A DNA stretch of 64,000 nt from an uncultured Acidobacteriota bacterium (lineage in GTDB: Bacteria > Acidobacteriota > Terriglobia > Terriglobales > Acidobacteriaceae): assembly GCA_963706455.1 (NCBI GenBank), contig CAVPNO010000099.1, positions 98,967 to 162,966 of the forward strand. The letters run 5' to 3'. Positions within the stretch are counted from its first letter, which is position 1; each line of letters starts with the position of its first letter. The translations under genes and the position numbers were made by a program. Positions 49,134 to 57,956 of this stretch are shown one piece after another. The notes beneath the pieces were generated by a model that had not been told where the DNA came from, did no database searches, and saw only the letters and a program-made list of their open reading frames with translations.

Positions 49134-49607
49134 ATGAGCGGCGTACCGATTCCCAACACGCAGGCGATGTTTTACGAGCAATATCAGGGGGTGCGCCGGG
49201 ACGAAGTGGTAGGCATTCTGCTGGCGCTGTTTCTGGGCACGTTCGGTGCCCATCACTTTTATCTGCGGCGGACGGGGCTGGGAATTCTCTATTGCTTCTT
49301 TTTCTGGACCAGCATCCCCACTTTCCTGGGGTTTATCGAGTGCTTTTTTATGCCTGGGAGGGTGCGGGAGTTCAACGCCATCCAGGCGGCGGGAATCGCG
49401 GCGGTGCTGGGCATGAACGTGCCGCAAGGCTGGGGCTGGCCGGTGAATGTGAACGTGACGGTTCCGCCGGCTGCCGCTGCCCCGGCGGCGCCGACTGCCG
49501 CATTCGTAGCCATGCCGCTGGCCGGTTCGCAGATCACCTGCAGCCGGTGCCAACGTACCAACGTGGCGGGATCGCGGTTCTGTTCGGGGTGCGGCAACGC
49601 GTTGTGA
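49134..49607 (+). CDS. TM2 domain protein with C-terminal zinc ribbon
   Basis: LALFLGTFGAHHFYL (TM2); CSRC..FCSGCG. Confidence 0.88.
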   Translation: MSGVPIPNTQAMFYEQYQGVRRDEVVGILLALFLGTFGAHHFYLRRTGLGILYCFFFWTSIPTFLGFIECFFMPGRVREFNAIQAAGIAAVLGMNVPQGWGWPVNVNVTVPPAAAAPAAPTAAFVAMPLAGSQITCSRCQRTNVAGSRFCSGCGNAL

Positions 49608-49613
49608 GAAGCA

Positions 49614-49679
49614 GGGATCAGGGGTCGGGGGTCAGGGATCAAGCGAGGGATTCTTATGTTCCCTATCCCCCACTCCCTG
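49614..49679. repeat. G-rich heptamer tandem repeat followed by C-rich heptamers
   Basis: GGGATCA GGGGTCG GGGGTCA GGGATCA ... CCCTATC CCCCACT CCCTG between convergent genes. Confidence 0.55.
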
Positions 49680-49682
49680 TAT

Positions 49683-50609
49683 CTACATATTGGCGTGGCC
49701 GGCGCGCATGGCCTCGTTGAATTGGGGCTTGGTGAAGTTCAGGGCCGCTTCGAGGCGGGCGCGAAATTCCGGAGCACGCTCCATCAACTGCGGGGTGGGC
49801 GCGGCGAACTCGCCATTGAGGACCAAAAGCCCCTGGGCGGCCTCATCGCCCGCCATGCGCAACAGGTCGGCTTCCCCGGTGTTGAGGTATTGGGCATCGC
49901 ACGGATCGGCGATCCACACCGGTCGGCCCTCGCCCAGCACCCCTGAGAGCCAGTAGACCTTCGACAGCAGGTACGCGAGCCGCTCGTGGTCGTCGGTGTC
50001 GGTGAAGACGAAGCGCTTTTGCCAGCGGCTGTAAAAGCGGGTGGTTACAGGAACAGGCTGGCGATTGCCGGACTTGAGGAATTCAAGCTGGCCGAGGTCG
50101 ACGGTCTTGCGGATGGCGTTATAGACAAACGACTCGGCGTACGGCTGTTCCATGGCGGGCACGATTTCGGCAAAGGTGACGGTGACGGAGGCGGCGAGTT
50201 TTGCATGGAGTTGCTGCGCTCCGCCGTCGGCGAGGTACATTTCGCCATGGACGATGTAGGTGTCGGCGCCGGAGGTGGAGCGGTGGAACGGCCACTGGAA
50301 TTTGCCGAAAGCGACGGGCAGGCCGGCCAGTGTGACGTAGCATTCGGGGCGGGGATTGCGCAGGCGTCTGGCTTCGGCTGCAAGATGGGCGGCGATGGCC
50401 GGCAGCAGGTGAGGCTTATCGAAATCGAAGGCTTCGCTCAGTTGCAACTGCAGCGAACGAGCTTCGGCGCCGGGCAGGCCGAGTTGAAAGACAGCTGTGG
50501 GATGGCCTTGGAAGTCGCTTCCTTCGCTGGTAGATAGAAGAACCAGGCCGGCTTGGGAAGCGGCCGCCTGAACGGATTGGACCAGGGAAGATTTCAATGG
50601 AGCGGACAT
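49683..50609 (-). CDS. Hypothetical protein
   Basis: 308-aa ORF with globular composition and AGGA upstream. Confidence 0.75.
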   Translation of the reverse strand: MSAPLKSSLVQSVQAAASQAGLVLLSTSEGSDFQGHPTAVFQLGLPGAEARSLQLQLSEAFDFDKPHLLPAIAAHLAAEARRLRNPRPECYVTLAGLPVAFGKFQWPFHRSTSGADTYIVHGEMYLADGGAQQLHAKLAASVTVTFAEIVPAMEQPYAESFVYNAIRKTVDLGQLEFLKSGNRQPVPVTTRFYSRWQKRFVFTDTDDHERLAYLLSKVYWLSGVLGEGRPVWIADPCDAQYLNTGEADLLRMAGDEAAQGLLVLNGEFAAPTPQLMERAPEFRARLEAALNFTKPQFNEAMRAGHANM

Positions 50610-50835
50610 GGGCGAGGAATCCTGGGATGAGGTTGTCAGTTCTCATTCTAGGGCCTCGAACCCGGTTGAGGGTGTCGATGATCCCAATCGCTCAACGATT
50701 CCGCACCAGGGATGGTCTCGAAACGAATGACGTGGGCCGCTCAGCGCGGGGGACTCGGCCTAATGCCGGCAATTTCGCGTGTATCACACCGGAGCAGTGG
50801 CCATCAGCCGCGCTCTCGAAGGAAGCCTTCAATGG

Positions 50836-50870
50836 AAAACAGCCAAGGGGGCAGGATGCCCTCCTGGCTG
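50836..50870 (-). terminator. Putative intrinsic terminator
   Basis: Minus strand CAGCCAGGAGGGCA-TCC-TGCCCCCTTGGCTG-TTTT, downstream of the 50964 gene. Confidence 0.6.
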
Positions 50871-50963
50871 AATCGAAGGAACCCAAGCCTGATTCGCAGC
50901 CCCCAATACCCGCTCTCTCTCCGCCTTCCGCGGCCGGAAACCTTGAGGAAGCTCCCTGTACAA

Positions 50964-51878
50964 CTAGCGTGTGTTGCGCGGAAGGGAGAATTCGATTCCG
51001 GATTCGCGATTCAGGTTGGTGGTAGCGGCCACGTCGATCTGGTCGACCGGGATGTCGCGGCGATGCGCGTCGAGGACCGAGAGGGTGGACGGGGTCAGCA
51101 GGTAATTGTGAATCTGCTCGTTGGGCCGTCCGTCCTTAAACACCAGAGTGGTCAGAGGCGCTGGGGCGGGCGGAACTGGCGCTGACGATGGCGCGGGCTG
51201 TGGTTGAGCGGCTGGCGGGGGTGCCTGCGGCTCGCCCTGATCCGGAAGCTGGTCGTAGGGACCCGGCATGTAGTCCGGATAAGGCTGCGCATAGGACTGC
51301 GACCCGTCATAACCCGGCTGCGCCTCGAAGTTATCCCAGTAATCCCAATCGTTGAAGAGATAGGGATATCCCCATCCCCACCAAGGCGAGTACGCATAGC
51401 CAGGCCATCCATAGAACCCGAAGCCGAAATGGTTGCGGCCGCGGCCACGGCCGCCATGGTCCCAGCCGTTGCCGCCATGGTGCCCGTCGTAGGGCATGCG
51501 ATGCATGGACCCGGAATACGAAGCCCGCGGGGAGGCAGAGCGGGGCGCGAAGCCACGATATGGCATCCGATTCGAAATGTAGTGCGTGGGGCCGGCAAAC
51601 CTGGCGGAAGGCGAACCAAACCTGGCCGGCGGCAGGGCCGCGAACCGGGCCGATGGGGGAGCACCGATTCTGCCTGCGGGAGATCCGCGAAAGCCGCTTG
51701 ATCCACTGTGGCTAAATCCGCCGGATCCTGAGTGGAATCCCGAAGCGCCGCCACTGTGTGAGCCGGAGAATCCGCCGTGGGAGCCGGAAAACCCGCCATG
51801 GGAACCGCCGCCCCGCTGCGCCAAGACCGGCGAAGCGGAAAATGCGACGAGAATCGCGACCGCAGCCAGATGCTTCAT
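50964..51878 (-). CDS. Exported Gly/Ser/Pro-rich low-complexity hypothetical protein
   Basis: Signal peptide, HGGFSGS repeats, C-terminal TTLVFKDG..NYLLT..IDVAAT globular segment. Confidence 0.8.
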   Translation of the reverse strand: MKHLAAVAILVAFSASPVLAQRGGGSHGGFSGSHGGFSGSHSGGASGFHSGSGGFSHSGSSGFRGSPAGRIGAPPSARFAALPPARFGSPSARFAGPTHYISNRMPYRGFAPRSASPRASYSGSMHRMPYDGHHGGNGWDHGGRGRGRNHFGFGFYGWPGYAYSPWWGWGYPYLFNDWDYWDNFEAQPGYDGSQSYAQPYPDYMPGPYDQLPDQGEPQAPPPAAQPQPAPSSAPVPPAPAPLTTLVFKDGRPNEQIHNYLLTPSTLSVLDAHRRDIPVDQIDVAATTNLNRESGIEFSLPRNTR

Positions 51879-52017
51879 GCGCTCATTCTACGCCTGTTTT
51901 AACTTTTGATCGGATTGGGCCAGGCTGCACAACCCCGTGGCGAGACCGGATACAAAGACCCGCTTCCTGAGTCCCCGCCCCCAAACTCAACCGGGGGCGA
52001 CGGATAGAATCGGGAGT

Positions 52018-52731
52018 GTGCAAGCGCAAACGTCCTCGCCCATTATTCTGACAGAAAATCTGACCAAGGTGTACATGGCCGGACGGGTTCCAGTGCCGGC
52101 GGTCCGCGGGGTTTCCCTCGCCGTCAATTGCGGAGAATTCGTAGCCATCGTGGGGCCGTCGGGATCGGGCAAATCCACGCTGTTTTACCTGTTGGGAGGC
52201 TTGACGCGTGCCACCGAAGGTCGGGTATTGATCGATGGCATTGACTTTGCCACTCTCAGCGACAGCGAACGCACGCGGCTGCGCAAGCAGCGCATCGCTT
52301 TCGTGTTCCAGAAATTCAACCTGCTGCCAACGCTCTCCGCGATGGGCAATGTCGAGATCGCCTACTCGGTGAGCGGGCGCAAGGAACCGCTGGACCGCGC
52401 CTACCTCGACCATTTGAGCGAGTTGCTGTCGATCCAGGGACGGCTGAAGCACCGGCCGTCGGAGCTGAGCGGCGGCGAACAGCAGAGGGTGGCTATTGCG
52501 CGCGCCTTGATTACCCGGCCGGCGATCCTGCTGGCAGATGAGCCCACCGGGAACCTGGATACGAAGAACTCGGAGTCTGTGCTGTCGATGCTGTTGCGAT
52601 CGAACCGGGAGCTGGGTCAGACCACCCTGATGATCACGCATAATCCTGAAGCCGCGGCCATCGCGGACCGGATCCTGCATATGCGCGACGGGCAAATTAC
52701 GGACGAGCAGCGAGGAACGCCACCGGAATAG
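52018..52731 (+). CDS. LolD/MacB-type ABC transporter ATP-binding protein
   Basis: GPSGSGKST, FVFQKFNL, LSGGEQQR, LADEPTGNLD, ITHN. Confidence 0.92.
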   Translation: MQAQTSSPIILTENLTKVYMAGRVPVPAVRGVSLAVNCGEFVAIVGPSGSGKSTLFYLLGGLTRATEGRVLIDGIDFATLSDSERTRLRKQRIAFVFQKFNLLPTLSAMGNVEIAYSVSGRKEPLDRAYLDHLSELLSIQGRLKHRPSELSGGEQQRVAIARALITRPAILLADEPTGNLDTKNSESVLSMLLRSNRELGQTTLMITHNPEAAAIADRILHMRDGQITDEQRGTPPE

Positions 52732-52774
52732 GGGGCTATTTCTGGGGGCGGGGCCGGCGGCGAACCCCTGCGGA

Positions 52775-52803
52775 TTGACCCCTTTGAGGTGGCCCGGTAT
52801 ACT
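52775..52803 (+). promoter_or_regulatory. Sigma70 promoter for tRNA-Gly
   Basis: TTGACC-17 bp-TATACT, 14 nt upstream of the tRNA. Confidence 0.75.
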
Positions 52804-52817
52804 CAAGCTTGCGACAA

Positions 52818-52892
52818 GCGGGAGTAGCTCAGTGGTAGAGCATCGCCTTGCCAAGGCGAGGGTCGCGAGTTCAAATCTCGTCTCCCGCTCCA
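52818..52892 (+). tRNA. tRNA-Gly (GCC)
   Basis: GCGGGAG acceptor stem, TAGCTCAGTGGTAGAGC D arm, TTGCCAA anticodon loop, GTTCAAAT T loop, encoded CCA. Confidence 0.97.
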
Positions 52893-52960
52893 GACTGCCC
52901 TGTTTTGGCGGCGGCAATTTGGGAGCGATTCAACTATAATTTCGAAGGCTGCCCTGCCGA

Positions 52961-53035
52961 GGCGCGGTACCCAAGTGGTAAGGGAGAGGTCTGCAAAACC
53001 TTTATGCGCCGGTTCGATCCCGGCCCGCGCCTCCA
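52961..53035 (+). tRNA. tRNA-Cys (GCA), probable integration site
   Basis: GGCGCGG/CCGCGCC acceptor stem, CTGCAAA anticodon loop, GTTCGAT T loop, encoded CCA. Confidence 0.96.
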
Positions 53036-53082
53036 ATACTTCTCAACAACTTACGACGATTGAAACCAGAGGCTGCATCCTC

Positions 53083-53105
53083 TGGTTGCCAATATGGTTG
53101 CCAAT
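53083..53105. repeat. Candidate integrase arm-type binding sites
   Basis: TGGTTGCCAAT twice with 12-bp period; IHF-like TCTCAACAACTTA at 53041-53053. Confidence 0.55.
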
Positions 53106-53122
53106 TGGCGCTTCAAACGTCC

Positions 53123-54589
53123 TCAGTCCCCTGCCTGGGCGGCTGCGGCGGCCGAACATTGACCGCTCAGCTGTCCACTCAGGGTCTCTGCCGCCATGTC
53201 CGCCGATTCGTCCAGGACATGGGCATAGAACTTGAGAAGAATGTCGGGGCGCGAGTGTCCAAGGCGCTCTTGCGCCGCCTTGACTGGCACATGTCCTTCC
53301 ACCATCGCTGTCGCTCCCCAGTGGCGGAGAAGACGCCAGGTGATGTGCGGAAGGCCGAGTTCCTTCGTGACCGGTTGAATGCACCGGGCGAGAAGATCTT
53401 CATGCCAGATCGGACCAGTCTTGCGGTGATTTGGAAACACCCAGTCGTCGTCCTTCGCCTTCGTCCGGGCCTTCAAGGCCAGCAGCCTTCCGACGTCGGC
53501 CTCTGTCAGCCGGATGGGGCGATTGGAGCGGTGGTACTTCGGCGTGTGGAGCTTGCCGCGGTTGACGGCACGCACCACCCAAAGTTCGCGCCTTTCGGCA
53601 ATCAAGTCTTTCCACTTGAATGCCAGTTCTTCCGGACGGACGCAAGTGACAGCCGTCAGCCAGACGGCCGTGCTGACGGGCTCCTTCAGCCGTTCGATCA
53701 GCCGGTTGAGCTGGTCGGGGCTGGGGAGCTCGTGGCGTTCCTTGATTCCTTCCGGAGGAAGATCGGCGCCGCGCGCAGGATTGGACTTCATGTAACCGTA
53801 CTTCATTGCGGCAACGAAAATGGAGCTGAGCCCCCACTTCAGATTTTTGAGCGTTTGCACAGCTTTGCCTTCGATCGCCTTCTGGTTGAGGAATGCCTGC
53901 ACCGCCTCGATGGTGATGTCTGACAATTCCATGTCGCCGAACTCAGGAAGGTAGTGAGCGCGGATATTGGTTTCATATCCATGCTTCGTCGTCCCCTTCT
54001 GGTTGGCCAGCTTCAGAGCGCGATACTTAGCGATGAAGCTGCGGAATGTCATCATCTTCTTCGGACGGTGTTTGGCATCGTTGATCGGATCAAGAATCAC
54101 GGCCAGTTTGGCGCGTGCAGCCTTTTCGTTGGGAATCTCTGTCAGCGGGCCAAGGTTGACGGCGATGCGCTTGCGCACCGTCCTCCCCGCCTCGTCGACA
54201 ATGTCCTCCCGGTAAAAGCCTTGCCAGTACGCTGGACCGCGATCCTCACGCAACCGGACACTGCCGGTCTGAAATCGCTTGCGAGTCAATCTGTACTTCC
54301 CCCTTCTGCTGACTCGAGCAATTCCGTCGGATGAGTCCAGAGTAGCATCGGTCGAATGCCGTTCGCGAGACCGAAGGTAGAGCGCGACCTTGTCTACGTC
54401 ATAGCGAAGGCTGCGGCCGAGGCGAACAACCGGCAAAGCATCCCGGCATCCCTTTCTCGAATGCTTGTAGACCCAACTAGCGGAGACGGAAAAGGTTGCG
54501 CACAAGCTCTTCAGCGACACGAGCTGCCGAGGATTGGGTGGGAGCCCGCCCGCACTCGCTGCGCCGATATCGAGGTGATCCGGTTTCAT
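53123..54589 (-). CDS. int: Tyrosine integrase with an in-frame N-terminal excisionase-like HTH
   Basis: Residues ~20-76 resemble Xis/HTH_17 (LKSLCATFSVSASWVY..LPVVRLGRSLRYD); catalytic domain VRPEEL, TPK, WRLLRH, LGHS, KFYAH. Confidence 0.9.
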   Translation of the reverse strand: MKPDHLDIGAASAGGLPPNPRQLVSLKSLCATFSVSASWVYKHSRKGCRDALPVVRLGRSLRYDVDKVALYLRSRERHSTDATLDSSDGIARVSRRGKYRLTRKRFQTGSVRLREDRGPAYWQGFYREDIVDEAGRTVRKRIAVNLGPLTEIPNEKAARAKLAVILDPINDAKHRPKKMMTFRSFIAKYRALKLANQKGTTKHGYETNIRAHYLPEFGDMELSDITIEAVQAFLNQKAIEGKAVQTLKNLKWGLSSIFVAAMKYGYMKSNPARGADLPPEGIKERHELPSPDQLNRLIERLKEPVSTAVWLTAVTCVRPEELAFKWKDLIAERRELWVVRAVNRGKLHTPKYHRSNRPIRLTEADVGRLLALKARTKAKDDDWVFPNHRKTGPIWHEDLLARCIQPVTKELGLPHITWRLLRHWGATAMVEGHVPVKAAQERLGHSRPDILLKFYAHVLDESADMAAETLSGQLSGQCSAAAAAQAGD

Positions 54590-54736
54590 TCCGCTCCGCT
54601 TCCCTTGAGAAGTTCGGAGCAGGCATCTTCAGATGGTTTGCGGATTCGGTCAAATCAGTGCTCGGCGCGGTTCCACAGTTCAGCCATTCAGCGAACGGTG
54701 ATACAAAAAGATCAGTTAACGCGCTGAGGGTTTCGG

Positions 54737-55039
54737 GTGATGGACAACGAGTTCGATATGGAATCCGATTGGATCACCGAGCTGGGAAAGGCGCGCAGCG
54801 ACGAATATACAGAGAAAATTCTTGCCTTCGTTCAGGAGCTTGAGAAATCGGCGCCTGAACCCTTTTTGCCTCTGTTGACGGATCTTGCCTTGGCACGCAC
54901 TCTGATCGTGCACCTGGTCATCCGCTACGGACCGGAACGAGGGATGGCCGAGGCGCGGGACGCTTTCGAAAGCACGCTGGAACAGATGAAACCGATGCTC
55001 GAAAGGATGAAACCTCGCAAAGGACCTCCCCCGCAATGA
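54737..55039 (+). CDS. Hypothetical protein
   Basis: 100-aa helical ORF with ATGA overlap to the next gene. Confidence 0.6.
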   Translation: MMDNEFDMESDWITELGKARSDEYTEKILAFVQELEKSAPEPFLPLLTDLALARTLIVHLVIRYGPERGMAEARDAFESTLEQMKPMLERMKPRKGPPPQ

Positions 55040-55398
55040 AGAGACTCATTTCCTTGCTATTGCTGCTCGCGGCATTCGGCTTTGCAGCTAGTCAGTTATC
55101 CGGCTGCAAAGATACGCCTCCCCCACCAACTGAACAAGATGCGATTGCCGTCTGGCATTACACGCACCGAAATCTACACACGGAGGAGTTGCTTAGCCTA
55201 ACGAAGACCAATGGACAAATGCAGCAAATTGGCGGAAGTGACGTCTACACGCTGTATTTCGAGGCGAAAGTCAAGGATTTGGTCCAACTGGGGAATAGGG
55301 CTCCCGGAACAATCGAGACCTATCAGAGCAACTTTGCGTTTCGTCGGAATGAAAAGGGATGGCTAGGGCCGGACAACCAAGTCTATCCGGCTCATTGA
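55036..55398 (+). CDS. Hypothetical lipoprotein
   Basis: MKRLISLLLLLAAFGFAASQLSGC lipobox. Confidence 0.75.
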   Translation: MKRLISLLLLLAAFGFAASQLSGCKDTPPPPTEQDAIAVWHYTHRNLHTEELLSLTKTNGQMQQIGGSDVYTLYFEAKVKDLVQLGNRAPGTIETYQSNFAFRRNEKGWLGPDNQVYPAH

Positions 55399-55489
55399 CG
55401 GCCATTCACTTCGCTGACGCTCGTTTGACCGAATTCCAAATGCATCCTACGCTCTCCCCACGTCAGAGCCGTTCGGGAGTGTGGACCGG

Positions 55490-56449
55490 ATGTTTGCGTC
55501 ACCATCAGAGACCCTCGCAGCGTTGGAGAGCGCGGGCTACTTTACAGATATCAAGACGGCGACCGCCGTTTACCTAGCGGGCCGGATCAGTCGCCCGGTT
55601 CTGCTCGAGGGACCGGCTGGCGCGGGTAAAACGGAGCTCGCTCAATCTGTCGCGCGCGCTTATGGCGTGTCCCTCCTCCGCCTGCAGTGCTATCAGGGCA
55701 TTAACGAAGAGAAGGCCATCGGTCAATATGATCGAGGGCTCCAGGAACTATACGTGCTCCTCATGAGCAGGAGCAGCCAGGCGCCCGACTGGGCGCAGAT
55801 CAAGCGCGAGATTACCGGCAGGTCGTTCTTCATGGCTGGTCCCCTACTCGAAGCGATCGAGCAGGAGAAGCGCTGTGTTCTTCTTATCGACGAAATCGAC
55901 AAAGTGGACTACGCCTTTGAAGCGATGCTGCTGGAACTCCTTTCTGTATGGACGTTGTCGATTCCGAAGCTCGGCACCGTGCGCGCTACCTCTATTCCGC
56001 ACGTGTTCCTCACTTCCAACCAAGAGCGCCGGCTGGGCGATCCTCTTCGCCGGCGGAGCTTCTACCTTGTGGTAGAACACCCGAACGCCGAACGCGAGGC
56101 GGCAATTGTCGCGGAGCGTACCCCGAAGGCGAGCGTGGCGACTCACCGATTCATCGCGGGACTAGCCAAGAGTCTTCGCGCGTACACCCTGGAGAAGCCG
56201 CCTTCGATTTCGGAAATGAACGACGTCGCGATGGCCATGGAGCTGTTACGAATCGACCGGATACTCCCCCAGCACAAGCAAATCATTTTGCCGCTGATCG
56301 CAAAGACGGAAGGCGACCGCAAGCGCCTTCTGATGAAAGAGGCATTTGATTCGATCGTCCGCATGGCTGGGAAGCACGCAGAACAGATCGCGAAGGAGGA
56401 TGTCCGTGAATCTGAGGTGGTTTTTGCCGGAAGGGAAATCCAAAAGTGA
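55490..56449 (+). CDS. MoxR/CoxD-like AAA+ ATPase
   Basis: LLEGPAGAGKT, RLQCYQG, LLIDEIDK, LTSN, LRRR, KPPSISE. Confidence 0.9.
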   Translation: MFASPSETLAALESAGYFTDIKTATAVYLAGRISRPVLLEGPAGAGKTELAQSVARAYGVSLLRLQCYQGINEEKAIGQYDRGLQELYVLLMSRSSQAPDWAQIKREITGRSFFMAGPLLEAIEQEKRCVLLIDEIDKVDYAFEAMLLELLSVWTLSIPKLGTVRATSIPHVFLTSNQERRLGDPLRRRSFYLVVEHPNAEREAAIVAERTPKASVATHRFIAGLAKSLRAYTLEKPPSISEMNDVAMAMELLRIDRILPQHKQIILPLIAKTEGDRKRLLMKEAFDSIVRMAGKHAEQIAKEDVRESEVVFAGREIQK

Positions 56450-56952
56450 AAGATCTCATTTTTATGTTCGCGGCATCCGCCATGTTTGTATTGTCGGTCG
56501 AATGTCCTGGCGCACATGCGCAGATCGCAGAGACCGTCTATTACGCCGATGCCTACGCAGACCACTACGGCGTGCCCCGCGCACTCGTTCACGCCATCAT
56601 CGCGCAGGAATCGGCCTGGAATCCCCTGGCAATTTCAAAAAAGAATGCACAGGGCCTCATGCAACTGATGCCAGCGACAGCGGCGATGTACGGCGTTGGG
56701 AATCGGTTCTCCGTAGTCGAAAATCTCGGAGGAGGCGTTCAGTATCTGTCGGAACTGTTGACCGCATTTCATGGCGATATACGGCTTGCCGTTGCGGCTT
56801 ACTACTGCGGTCCGAGGCACATCCTCCAAAAGGGTCTGGCCTACCGCAATCCCGATGTCCTGGCCTATGTGGAAGCAGTCCGCGCGCGCTACCGCCGCGA
56901 AGTATCCGAGGAATCTGGCCGCGAAAGCGCTTCGGCGGCAGGAGAAAACTGA
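56446..56952 (+). CDS. Lytic transglycosylase (VirB1-like)
   Basis: AIIAQES, AQGLMQLMPATA, AVAAYYCG. Confidence 0.88.
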   Translation: MKDLIFMFAASAMFVLSVECPGAHAQIAETVYYADAYADHYGVPRALVHAIIAQESAWNPLAISKKNAQGLMQLMPATAAMYGVGNRFSVVENLGGGVQYLSELLTAFHGDIRLAVAAYYCGPRHILQKGLAYRNPDVLAYVEAVRARYRREVSEESGRESASAAGEN

Positions 56953-56953
56953 C

Positions 56954-57922
56954 GTGAACCACTTTCGACTGATCGCTGCGATCCTTATTCCCATTGCACT
57001 GGGAGCAGGCGATGTCTTCGCCCAGCAAGCGAACATCCACGACGTTTCCAGCCAGCAAGTGAACCCAACAGTTCTTGATCTTCCAATCACGGGTAGCACA
57101 GTCAGCGACATTCACCTCCGGCCCCTGTTTACCACGACCATTCGACTGCCCGAACCCGTGACATCGGTTGCGGTGGGTGCGCCGACCCTGTTCAAGGTGG
57201 AGCACTCGACCGACGATCCGCGGCTGGTTTTCATCAAACCTACTTCGGCGGGTGCCGCCGTGAGCAATCTGATCATTGCTCTCAAGTCGGGTCAGGAAAT
57301 CAGCATTCGATTGCTATCCAACGGACAGACTTCCACGGCTCCGGTGGATTTCGTTGTGAATTACGAACCGAGGCAGAGCTTTCTAATCGGCTCGACCGAC
57401 GCGCTTGCCAAGAATGCGGCAGCACCCTCGGATCCACCCGCGCAAGCGAAGCCCATCGACGTGGCATTGCGGCAACAGGAAGACCTTGCGAGTCCAGCGT
57501 GGATGAAGGGGATCGACAAGCAAGGTAATAGCAGCAGCGGGGCAAAATCGACAGAGTCGATCCTTGGCGCTCTCGGCGCAGTGAGCGATCGCGGACAGAG
57601 AATGCTCGTCACTTACTCCGTCGTAAACACGAGCGGTCACTGGATAGAAGTGCTGCCTCCGCAGGTGGAGTTGCGAAGCCCCGATCACGATGCGGGCAAG
57701 AAGAAAAAGCAGAAGCAGACCCTGGCCGATCAAGTGCCTGTTTCGGAGTTCCGGCTGAGTGTACGACGGTTAGCTCCGGGGCAGCGGGCAGATGGCGCAG
57801 TCGAATTCTCCCGTCCGAGCTTCAAACAAAGTGCCGACCGGCTCGTATTGGAAATCGCAACAGCAAGCGCGGTGGATCATCCGCTGTTACTGCAATTGCC
57901 GTTCGTTGCGCCCGGAGAGTGA
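56954..57922 (+). CDS. Exported T4SS core component (VirB9/TraK-like)
   Basis: GTG start after GGAG; signal peptide; FTTTIRLPEPVTSVAVG..LVFIKP..SNLII; lies between VirB1-like and VirB10-like genes. Confidence 0.6.
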   Translation: MNHFRLIAAILIPIALGAGDVFAQQANIHDVSSQQVNPTVLDLPITGSTVSDIHLRPLFTTTIRLPEPVTSVAVGAPTLFKVEHSTDDPRLVFIKPTSAGAAVSNLIIALKSGQEISIRLLSNGQTSTAPVDFVVNYEPRQSFLIGSTDALAKNAAAPSDPPAQAKPIDVALRQQEDLASPAWMKGIDKQGNSSSGAKSTESILGALGAVSDRGQRMLVTYSVVNTSGHWIEVLPPQVELRSPDHDAGKKKKQKQTLADQVPVSEFRLSVRRLAPGQRADGAVEFSRPSFKQSADRLVLEIATASAVDHPLLLQLPFVAPGE

Positions 57923-57956
57923 GATCACAAGGACTTCAACAAGGGTGAGGTGAAGT

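Noticed and set aside
52803-53036. ORFs overlapping the tRNA genes
   Set aside because: Spurious translations of tRNA sequence.
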